64,000 bases of DNA, taken from the NCBI RefSeq assembly GCF_035594765.1, contig NW_026943820.1:5216647-5280646 (forward strand). Reading direction: 5' to 3'. The notes below the pieces were generated by a model. The model made no database searches and was not told where the DNA came from. It saw only the letters and a program-made list of their open reading frames with translations. This document shows, in pieces, positions 53,046 to 64,000 of the stretch. Position numbers and translations under genes: made by a program. The stretch's first letter is position 1; every line of letters starts with the position of its first letter. The stretch comes from Anolis carolinensis. Its lineage: Eukaryota.

Positions 53046-53122
53046 TAACACTCTCAATGACTCTGGTGTTTTCTTGACCTCCAAAATACAAACCGTATGC
53101 CTCTGATACACAGCCTTTAGAG

Positions 53123-53256
53123 CAGGCATAGGCAAACTTTGGCCCTCCAGGTGTTTTGGACTTCAACTCTCACAATTCCTAACAGCCGGTAGGCTGTTAG
53201 GAATTGTGAGAGTTGAAGTCCAAAACACCTGGAGGGCCAAAGTTTGCCCAGGCCTG
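53123..53256. mobile_element. 134-bp palindromic hAT-type MITE
   Basis: near-perfect fold-back; perfect 8-bp TSD CTTTAGAG. Confidence 0.85.
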
Positions 53257-54112
53257 CTTTAGAGCGTCCATCTCTCTGGTATTTGTGCCTCCTTGCTTAA
53301 GTTTCCCCTTTGTAGCAACCTCTTATCTCCATTCTGAGCTAGAAGAAGGCTCTTTTGGCTGCAGACACATTGAAGTAGGCCTCAACCAAGGCAGAGGGAG
53401 AAGATCCCTCTTAAACCCAGCGGACCCTAATTGAGGGGGATGGGCTCCGGTTCCAGCCTCATGCAAAACATACCAGCAACATAAAGAAGGCAAAGTTTCT
53501 GAAACAGGTGAGCTGTTCCCCCCTTTTCCTCTTCCTGTTGGTTCCCAAATAAGCTATAGTTCCAAAAAGAGGAATTGTCCCATGCTCTGAACCATTTTGC
53601 CTACTGGTTCCTGGTTTGAATCTAGAGGTGCACTTACATTGTGGGATGAATTCAGTTTGACCCCGCTTGAACTGCCATGGATCAAGGCTGTGGGATTCTG
53701 GGAGATGTAGTTTTCCAAGGTCCATAGTCTCTTTTGGGTGCATCTACACTGTGGAATGAATGCAATTTGACACCACTCTAGCTGCCATAGCACAATGCTA
53801 TGGAATCCTGGGAAGTAGTTTTCCAAAGTTCATAGTCTTTTCTGGCTGCATCTACACTGTGGAATGAATGCAATTTGACACCATTTTAGCTGCCATAGCT
53901 CGATGCTATGGGATCCTGGGAGAGTTAATTTCCCAAGGTTCAGAGCCTGCTCTGAGTGTAACTACACTGAGTTTTAAGGCCATTTAAGTGTATTTAAATA
54001 TGTTTTTTTACCTGACTTATTTTTTAAAACTTTTGTATTGTGCTTTTAAAACTTGACTAAGTGTGGGATTGTTAGATGCCTTGAGTGCCCATGGGGAGAA
54101 AGGCAAAGTATA

Positions 54113-54157
<45 letters not shown>

Positions 54158-56734
54158 TTAATTAATCCAGCATATCTATCTTGTTTGCTGTGTCATAATA
54201 AAATAATAATAATAAAAACACCCTAGCATAAGCCAATCAAGGTGGTCCCAGTGGTGATCGGCACACGGTGCAGTGCTTAAAGACCTTGGCCTACCCTTAA
54301 ACACAATAGGCACTGACAAAATCCCCACCTGCCAGCTGCAGAAGGCCACCTTGCTGGGATCTCCACGCATTGTTCGCTGATACATCACACAGTCCTAGAC
54401 ACTTGGGAAGTGTCCGACGTGTGATCCAATAAAACAGCCAGCAGAGTGTCTGCTGTGGACTCATCTTGTTGTGTTTCAAATAATAATAACAATAATAATA
54501 ATATACTGTTGAATGAATGGAGTTTGACCCCACGTAAACTGCCACAGTTCAAATCTATTGGATCCTGGGATATGTAGTTTCCCAAGATCCATAGCCTTCC
54601 CTGCCAAGGAGTGCCAAACTACAACTCCCTTGATTCCGAAGCACTGAGCCTTTGCCATCAAAGTGGTGTCCCAACTGCATTTGTTTGAGAGTGTAGATGC
54701 ATTGTTGCATGATTCAAGAGACAATCCTTGCTTCTCTCCAAGAGAAGCCAAGAAGTGCAGATTCTCCAAAGGAAGAACAGATGAAATAACATCCAAATCT
54801 TTGGCTGAAATCAATCCCCCGAAATGCAGCCAGCTGGGAAATGGGCTTTTTGGACAACTCCTTCAAGCCTGTTCTTGTGCCTTTGTTGGATTTAGCTGAT
54901 AAGGAGGGAGCAAGGTATGCCCAAGGCGCTATCTGCAGATCCAGAGTCCAGATCCCGTTGCCATGGAAACTGATCCCGTCAGCTGAGCTGGCTCCTGGTT
55001 CCGGGAAAATCTCCTGCTTCCTTAAGGCCTTGCAACTTCCATCCGAAAGTGGGGAATATTAATCACTGTTATTGATATCCCATCGTCTTGCAAAGGGGGG
55101 GAAATCACAATGAAAAACCATGCCAAAATCAACCTTAAAGCAGACAGAAACAGTATCTATATGATAAGCAAACCCTCTGAAACAATGCATCATAAAACAA
55201 TTCACGTTGAGCATCAGGAATCCTAGAAATCCAAAACATTCCAAACTCCCTTGAATCCAAAATACTCAAAAGCTGCGAGGAACAGGAGAAAGTGGAGGAT
55301 TGGACTATAATTCTGCAATTGGGGAAGTTAGGAGTTGCAGCCCAAAACCTTGGACATTGCTTAGAGGACGCCCGGTTTTTGATATTTTACCATCCTTGTG
55401 GGAGGCTTCTCTCATGTCCCTGCATTGGGAGCTGGAGCTGACAGAGGGAGCTCATCCGCACTCCTCGGATTCGAACTGGCAACCTTCAAGTAAGCAGTCC
55501 TGCTGGCACTAATAATAATAATAAGAATAATAATAATAATAACAACTTTATTTTTATACCCCGCCCCATCTCCCCGAAGGGACTCGGGCGGCTTACATGG
55601 GGCCAAGCCCAGGTCACAACAATATAAAACATAATAATAAAACAATCAATCAACAATAAAACAAGTCATGGGTCAACATACAATAAATATACTATGATAA
55701 AATCCAAGGACATTGCCCACCGGATGCCCGGATATTTTTGATGTTTTATCATCTTTGTGGGAGGCTTCTCTCATGTCCCCGCATGGGGAACTGGAGCTGA
55801 CAGAGGGAGCTCATCTGCGGTCTCCCTGGATTTGAACTGGCAACCTTCAGGTCAGCAAACCAACCTTCAAGTCAGCAGTCCTGATGACACAAGGGTTTAA
55901 AACCCATTGCGCCATTGGGGGCTCCTCAAGAGACTCTTTAAAGGGTCTTTTCCCCTTCTTTCACTATTATTTTATACTCAATAAAATGAATTTTAAAAAA
56001 AGTTCAGACTAAAATCCAAAGCGGATTCACTGCCCCAGTGGCATTGGGGCTTGGATGACCCCCTCCAGTTTCACTGCACAAAGGGTGAAAACTATGTGCT
56101 TCTTCAGCTGTCGAACTGCAGCTCCCAACGTTCCTTACTGCAAGCAATTGGGACCAAGTGGGGCTGCTGGGAGTTTCAACTCAACAACAACGGATGCAAC
56201 CTGAAGTCCGTTTACTGCAAAACAAGCCCCGCCGTTGTTCAGCATTGCGGCATCAGGCCTGCCAGCCTGGGGGGCAAAATGGGGCCCCGGTTTGCTGCTT
56301 TGCAATGTAAACAGGATGGTGGTTTTGATGGATCTGGATCCACCAGTTTGGCTGCAGCCCTGAGGCTGGTGGTTGGCAAAGCTTCCCTCTTGGCTGTCCT
56401 TTCCTCTCCTTGCTCTCTTCCTCCTCCTCTTCCTCCTCCAATTGATCATAAAGTCATCAATCAAAACATGTCTTCTTCTTGTTATTGTTGTTGTTGTTGT
56501 TAACTGCCACGGGCTTTGACTTATGGTGACTGTTAGGAATTGTGGGAGTTGAAGTCCAAAACACCTGGAGGGCCCAAGTTTGCCCACACCTAGTCTATAT
56601 AGATTCATAGAAACCTAGAGGTGGAAGGGACCCCCAAGGGCCATCCAACAAGCCCTCTTCTACCAGGAGGATACAATCAAAGCCTTCCTGACAGATAGCC
56701 ATCCGGCTTCTTCAGACAAAGAGACTCCACTAGT

Positions 56735-57245
56735 GTTGTCGATTCATGGCCAGAATCACTGGGTTGCTGTGAGTTTTCCGGGCTGTATGGCCATATTCCA
56801 GAAGCATTCTCTAAAAATCATGTGGACAATTTCAACAGAAGGGGGTAAACCATGAAAATGAACATTTATTAAAAAATATTTAAAAACTTTAAAATCAGGA
56901 CAGTAAATAAAGAACAACACCCAAAAACAGGGGATTTCCAGACAAGAAACAATCAGGCCCAGCTAATCACCTCCCAGCATAGGATTCCTCCAGGCACGAA
57001 ACAGCCAAAGCTTTGAAATTGCAAGGCTATTCAATGCTAATCAAGATGGTTAATTGCAACTTTCAAACTTTCCTCAAACAGACAAGAGTTCTTTCTCCCA
57101 CAGATATATAAATTCCACTTGCCTAGTTTCCAACAGACCTCACAACCTCTGAGGATACTTGTCATAGATGTGGGTGAAATGTCAGGAGAGAATGCTTCTA
57201 GAACATGGCCAAACAGACCAGAAAACTCACAGCAACCCAGACTCC
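56735..57245 (+). mobile_element. Penelope-like 3' region with inverted partial pLTR
   Basis: inverted tail 56735-56812 followed by forward 3' end. Confidence 0.7.
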
Positions 57246-57247
57246 AC

Positions 57248-57385
57248 NNNNNNNNNNNNNNNNNNNNNNNNNNNNNNNNNNNNNNNNNNNNNNNNNNNNN
57301 NNNNNNNNNNNNNNNNNNNNNNNNNNNNNNNNNNNNNNNNNNNNNNNNNNNNNNNNNNNNNNNNNNNNNNNNNNNNNNNNNNNNN
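57248..57385. other. Assembly gap
   Basis: run of N. Confidence 1.
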
Positions 57386-59652
57386 AATAATATTTTATAA
57401 TACAATATAATACTAATAATACAACATAATAATATTAATTATATATTATATATTACATGCAATATTATTAATAATATTACAATACAGTAGAGTCTCACTT
57501 ATCCAACACTCAATTATCCAACATTCTGGATTATCCAACACATTTTTGTAGTCGATGTTTTCAATAAATCGTGATATTTTGGTGCTAAATTCTTAAATAC
57601 AGTAATTACTACATAGCATTATTTTATATTGAACTACTTTTTCTGTCAAATTTGTTGTTAAACGGGATGTTTTGGTGCTTAATTTGTAAAATCATAACCT
57701 AATTTGATGTTTAATAGGCTTTTCCTTAATCCCTCCTTATTATCCAACATATTTGCTTATCCAATGTTCTGCCGGCCCGTTTATGTTGGATAAGGGAGAC
57801 TCTACTGTATGTAGATATAGTACAATATGGTAATTTATTGCCAGTATTGTGCTATGCTAATAATATAATATTGTATGTAAATTTAATTTGTAAGCCACTC
57901 TGAGTCCTCTTCGGGGTGAGAAGGGCAGGATATAAATGTACTAAATAAATAATTAATAAATAAATATGCCATTAGAGTGGGAAGGGATCCCCAAAGGCCA
58001 TTCAGTCCAACCCCCTTTCTGCCAAGCAGGAAGACATGATTCAAGCCCTCCCAAGAGAGGACTATGATTCTGTTTGTAGAATCCTAGAATCCTAGAGTTG
58101 GAAGGGACCCCCGAAGGGCCACCCAGACTAACCTTCTTCTGCCAGGAAGACACAATCAAAGCCCTGACAGATGGCCATCTAGCTTTTGTTTAAAGACCCC
58201 CAGGGAAAGAGGGATGTCTTTAAATAAGCCATTAGATGGGAAGGGATCCCCAAAGGCCACCTAGACCAGCCTTGTTGGGAGAACGGTGGGATGCACATAA
58301 AGTAAAGACTAATTGAATAATTACAGTAGAGTCTCACTTATCCAAGCTAAACGGGCCGGCAGAATCTTGGATAAGCAAATATCTTGGATAATATGGAGGG
58401 ATTAAGGAAAAGCCTATTAAACATCAAATTAGGTTATGATTTTACAAATTAAGCACCAAAACATGTTATACAACAAATTTGAGAGAAAAAGCAGTTCAAT
58501 ACGCAGAAATGTTATGTTGTAATTACTGTATTTATGAATTTAGCACCAAAATATCATGATATATTGAAAACATTGACTACAAAAATACCTTGGATAATCC
58601 AGAACCTTGGATAAGCGAGTCTTGGATAAGTGAGGCTCTACTGTAATGCATTTGCGCACTGATATAATCAAATCTCATCGATATCAGTGCGTAAATGTAT
58701 TAATTATTCGATTAGCCTCATCTTGATAGAGAGAAAATAAACACAGATCTGAATTCTTTGAGAATGACCTAAAATTATACCTGATGGTAAATACTTGTTG
58801 GCTTGTGTAATTCAGCGTAACTAACTTTTCTCTCTCAGTCTTGTGGAGGAGGCAAAGGCAATTATTGTTATGCTCATCCTGTTTCTAGCTCCATTGGGAG
58901 GCAAAGCTGCTGCTATTCGGAAGGCAAGCCCTTCTGAGCAACTTGCCCAGAGGACCCCCTTGGGAGGGGAGGGGCCGGGAAAGGAGGGCCAGGGGTCACA
59001 GGAGGGGGGCTCAGGGGGAGGAGGAGTGGGAGGAGGCAAAGGCAAGGCTCCTCCCCCTAGGGCTTCCTCTCCTGGAGCACAAGGCAGAGGATCCCGTAAC
59101 TCGCCAAGCTGGCTGCTCCACAGGGTCCTTCCTGGAGGGGGTCTGCATGCTCTTTGACCCCCACCATGCGCCCCTCCTGGACCCCTGATGTCACCCCGCT
59201 TGACTGGAACTGCTGGACGTGGCCCTGGGGACCCCACGACCCCCGCCTGTCAACGCCAGGTAAGTCGGGAAGGCACAGAATCTAAGAATCTCAGAGTCTG
59301 AAGAGAGCCCCAAAGGCCATCCAGTCTGACCCTTCTGCCAGGAAGGAAGATACCATCCATGCCCTCCTGACAGATGGCCATCCAGCCTCTGTTTAACAAC
59401 TTTGACATAGAATGATAGGCTCCTAGAGTAGGAAGAGATCTCTAAAGGCCATCCAGTCCAACCCCCTTCTGTTAGGAAAGAAGGAAGAGAGGGAAGGAGG
59501 AAGGAAGGCATAATAAGGGACCCCCCTCTCCCCAAAGGCCATCCAGCGCAACTACTTTCTGCCAGGAAGGAAGACACCATCCAAGCCCTCCTGACAGACA
59601 GCCATCTGGGCTCTGCTTAACAACATATAAACACTATATGCCCCCTGACATA

Positions 59653-59700
<48 letters not shown>

Positions 59701-59901
59701 CTCAGCCAGCATTTGGAAACAATAGACATTGACAAAATTACGATCTGCCAACTGCAAAAGGCCACCCGACTGGGATCTGCGCGCATCATCCGAAAATACA
59801 TCACACAGTCCTAACACTTGGGAAATGTTCGATTTGTGATTTTGTGATACAAAACCCAGCATATCTATCTTGTTTGCTGTGTCATACAATGTTATTGTGT
59901 C

Positions 59902-59935
<34 letters not shown>

Positions 59936-62042
59936 GATTTATTTTTATCCAGCACTATCTCCCCAATACAGACCTGAAAGAGAATTATAAACTCCTAGAG
60001 TTATAAGAGGTCTCTAAAGGTTATCCAGTCCAACCCTCTTCTGCGAGACAGGAAGCCACCATCCAAGCCCTCCCAACAGATGGCCATTCACACTCTGTTT
60101 AACAATGATATGCCCTCCCAACTTTGACATAGAAGGATAGGCTCCTAGAGTAGGACGGGATCTCTAAAGGTCATCCAGTCCAATCGCAATCTGCCAGGCA
60201 GAAAGGCACTACCCAAACCCTCCCCACAGATGGCCTTCCAGCATCATCTTAACAACATATAAACACTGTATTTTTTCCATGTCAGGAGTGACTTGAGAAA
60301 CTGCAAGTCGATTCTGGTGTAAGAGAATTGGCAGTCTGCAAGGACGTTGCCCAGGGGATGCCTGGATGTTTTACCATCCTGCTGGAGGTTTCTCTCTTGT
60401 TCCCTCATGGGAAGCTGGAGCTGACAGACAAGAGCTCACCCGCTCCCCAGATTTGAACTGCTGATCTTTTGGTCAGCAGTCCTGCCGGCATAAGGGTTTA
60501 ACCCAATTCGCTACTGGGGGATATAAACACTGTTTGTCACACCTTGACATAGAATCATATCAGCTCTATTTATTTATTTATTTTAGCTGATCCTGGTTTT
60601 TAAAACATGCACTATTATATTTACATTATATTATTATTTCATATACATATGTATTTTCAGCAATGTAAGTAAATGCAAACTCATTTATTTTTCCAATACA
60701 TCAGAATAATCATAAAATACAAAAATTAAAAAGTTAACATGGATTTCCCACCTTAAAGACATACAAGGAAAATATGATTGTCATCCTATTCACTTCTTAT
60801 CATAAACAACTTCTTGATTATACCTTACTGTATGGATGTTTTACTTAATATTCAAAACTCGCAATGTGCTGTCAAAGGCTTTCATGGCGGGAATCACTGG
60901 GTTGCTTTGAGTTTTCCAGGCTGTATGGCCATGTTCCAGAGAATGCCTGCCATAGATGTGGGTGAAACGTCAGGAGAGAATGCTTCTGTAACATTGCCAT
61001 ATAGCCCGGAAAACTCAGCAACCCAAAATCCAATTATTTTTATTTTCTCTATTGGTTTCTATACTTTTGAAATAAAATGCCGGTTGACTCATCTTTTATC
61101 AAACCTAATACATTGCACATTTCTGACGAGAACTTTTAGAATCCAACTTTCTCTTGGCCTTTTTTGGAACATAAAGCCAATGCTCCTCAGCCCCTTTCAA
61201 GGCTTATCTGTATTGCAGATTTAATGCGGTTTGGCCCCACTTTTAACTGCCATGACTCAATGCAACTCCCAAAATGGAAGATGTAATTTGGCAGAGAAGT
61301 GAAAGGCCTTGTGAAATTGCGACTCTCAGAATCCCATAGTCTTGGGCCATGGCAATTAAAGTGGGATCACACTGGATTTATCCTACAGTGTAGATGCATT
61401 CTGGGATGAAAGAGGATTAACGGGGGCTCCCTGCCAAATGGGAAGAGCATGACTTCAGAGCCAACAATGCAATGGAACAACACACAAAATGTACACATAG
61501 GATGTACCATCGTGACCAACAAAGGTCCAAAGCTGCTGATAGATCCTCATTATTTCCTGACATATATTTTTCCATTTGCTAGTTGGAAAATAATCCCGTG
61601 CTTCAGAAACCGACGAAGGAAGCACCTGCTCATTCTGCCCTTCCTACTCTCTTTCATGTTCTTAACTGGCTTTAAAATGGTAATTATTGTGCCCAGTTTA
61701 GCCCAAAATTTCGCAGCAAAACGTGGGCATCCTTTGGGGTCTATTAGGATGACTTTGGTATTGTTTCTAGCTTATGGTGACCTCATGAAAAGGCTTCATG
61801 GGCCTGAGAGTGCGACTCACCCAATGGCTCAGTGGGGATTCGAACCCAAAAGTGTAGTCTAGTGCTCCAGCCATTCTGTTATGCTGCTTTTCCATGTGGA
61901 CAACTGAAAAATAAATTAGAATAAAGCAATGTGTCCAGAAGTCCACTTCTTGTCCTCAAGTTAAACCCTTAAATACTGTTTTTTGCTCTCAGAGGTGCAG
62001 CAGTTCAGTGTATTTTGGGAGCCAGAAAAAATGCAGGATCTG

Positions 62043-62093
62043 CATATTTGGAAAGCCATATTGGGTCTCAATCAAGAGATAATAGCAATAAAC

Positions 62094-62137
<44 letters not shown>

Positions 62138-62775
62138 TAACACATATTTCGGAAGCCACTTTAGGTCTCCATCAAGAGATAATAGCAGCATGTTAACATC
62201 ATAATAATAGTAATTATGATGATGATGAATACTAATGGTAATAAGAATGATGATAGCAATATTGATGATGATAATACATATTTGGGAAGCAACTTTCTAT
62301 CTCAATCAAGAGATATTAGCATGATAATAAAATAATAGTAATAATAATGATCATAGTAATATTGATAATGATAATACATATATGGGAAGCGGCTTTCTTT
62401 CTCAATCAAGAAATAATGGCAGAATATTAAAATAATATTAATTATAATGATAGTAACAATGATGATGATAATACATATTTGGGAAGCCACTTTGGGTCCC
62501 TATCCAGAGATGATAGGATAATAAAATAATGGTATTATTGTTATTAACATCATAATAATAATGATAAGAGTAATCATAATAGTAATAATTTTAATAATGG
62601 TAAAATTGATGATCATAATACATATTTGGGGAGCCACTTTGGGTCTCAATTAAGAGATAATAGCAGAATATTAACATATAATAGTAATAGTAATAATGAT
62701 AATGATAATAATAATGATAATACATATTTGAGAAGCCAATTTGGATCTCAATCAAGGGATAATAGCAGGATACTG
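62043..62775. repeat. Composite minisatellite: 7 copies of a ~50-bp core separated by (AAT/GAT)n spacers
   Basis: CATATTTGGGAAGCCACTTTGGGTCTCAATCAAGAGATAATAGCA cores at 62043, 62143, 62277, 62377, 62474, 62621, 62723. Confidence 0.85.
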
Positions 62776-63808
62776 AAATGCTAACAACAACAACAACAAC
62801 AACAATAATAATTAAAACTGCAAATATTTAGGGCCACAAGGACATTCTTTCTTGGAAGGCAACATTTCCTCTCTCCCAGATAGGTTGGTAATATTTTTTC
62901 TGTGAGTCTTGCAACTTTTGTTGTTCCTCTAACAGAAAACAAAACAAACCCAGCAACACTGTGTGCTGGATTAAACAAATAACTAAAAATCTGAACAAGA
63001 ATGTGGGGAGATATGCCTCCTTCACATATCCCAAAGTATGGAGGAGGGCGAGAATAAATAATGGAGCGATTGGCTTTGTTTCCTTTTGAAAGGAACAGAA
63101 AAGGCAAGTGATGAAAGATAGGGGGAAACTGATTACGAATTTTTGTGTGTTCTTTTCAAAAAAAGGCTTTGCTGGGAACATTCTTTCAGAAAAAAATAAA
63201 TAATGGCCCATTATTCAGAACTGACAAAAAGGAACATTTCTCCCCCTTAACTAGAATGCAGTGGGAGGTGGCTGATATGGTGAAGGAAATAAGTTTTCAC
63301 AAGGTTTTCTTGGCAAAAAAAAAAAGACCTCCCTTTGAATCTGAGAGTGTGACTTTTCTGAGGTCACTCAATGGGTCAAGCAAAGGTTCAAATCAGTCTG
63401 TCCAGTTAATGCATCTACACTGATGAGTTAATGCAGTCTGGCACCACTTTAACTGCCATGGTTCAATGAGATGAGATCCTGAGATCTGTAGTTTGGGGAG
63501 ACAACAGAACTCCTTTGGCAGGAAAGGCTAAAGGTCTTGCTAAACTACAACTCCCAGGATTGTGTAGTACTATTGAGCCATGACTTTTAAACTCAGGAAT
63601 TGTGCTCACTCTATTTTAATCTTTGTTCTGTGTATTTTAATATATGTCTTTTATAGAAATACATTTTATTATCCATATTTTATATAATGTTTATGATGAT
63701 AATGTGTTTTAGCTATGTTTGTAACCCACCTCGAGTCATGAGAGAAATAAAAGTATTATTATTATGACAGTTCAAGTGGGATCAAACTGCATTCATTCTA
63801 AAGCGTAG

Positions 63809-63947
63809 GGCCCTTCCACACAGACATATAACCCAGAATATCAAAGCAGATAATCCACAATATCTGCTTTGAACTGGGTTATCTGAGTCCACACTGCCAT
63901 ATAATCCAGTTCAATGTGGATTTTATACAGCTGTGTGGAAGGGGGCC
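63809..63947. mobile_element. PIF/Harbinger-type MITE
   Basis: GGCCCTTCCACACAG...CTGTGTGGAAGGGGGCC TIRs, 3-bp TAG TSD, inserted in the end of another MITE. Confidence 0.7.
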
Positions 63948-64000
63948 TAGGTGCACCTAAAGAAAAGAGACCTCCCAGGATTCCACAGCACTGAGCCATG

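Noticed and set aside
59150-59259. Two in-frame TGA codons suggesting a selenoprotein
   Set aside because: No SECIS element seen and no similarity to a known selenoprotein
62043-62775. CRISPR-like repeat-spacer appearance
   Set aside because: Vertebrate DNA, degenerate repeats, microsatellite spacers, no cas genes

Overview
Eukaryotic genomic DNA from a squamate, very probably an Anolis lizard, judged from its Sauria-type and Anolis-type SINEs and its Penelope, R4/Dong, L2, CR1, Helitron and MITE content. The window holds the conserved vertebrate block COG8 - NIP7 - TMED6 - TERF2 - CYB5B. COG8: exon 1 only, minus strand, 855-1231. NIP7: +, 1404-4442, 5 exons, 180 aa. TMED6: -, 5597-8300, 4 exons, 243 aa. 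TERF2: -, 10870-22451 (or 22496), 10 exons, 580 (or 595) aa. CYB5B: +, 38383-52480, 5 exons, 141 aa. I built all exons by hand from GT-AG sites with consistent phases; comparisons to human and chicken proteins are from memory. Introns and intergenic DNA are dense with nested transposons, and there is an assembly gap at 57248-57385. Best leads: (1) TRF2 with a 4-aa loop deletion and Phe120->Val at the TRFH peptide-docking site; (2) degenerate tandem copies of CYB5B exon 4, one of which could splice to give a soluble cytochrome b5; (3) Penelope-borne minimal hammerhead ribozymes whose intact intronic copies are all antisense to the host pre-mRNA; (4) an unassigned GC-rich exon-like island near 58.8-59.3 kb; (5) tandem ETS/GABP sites in the COG8/NIP7 bidirectional promoter. 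Repeat boundaries are approximate unless a TSD or TIR is quoted.
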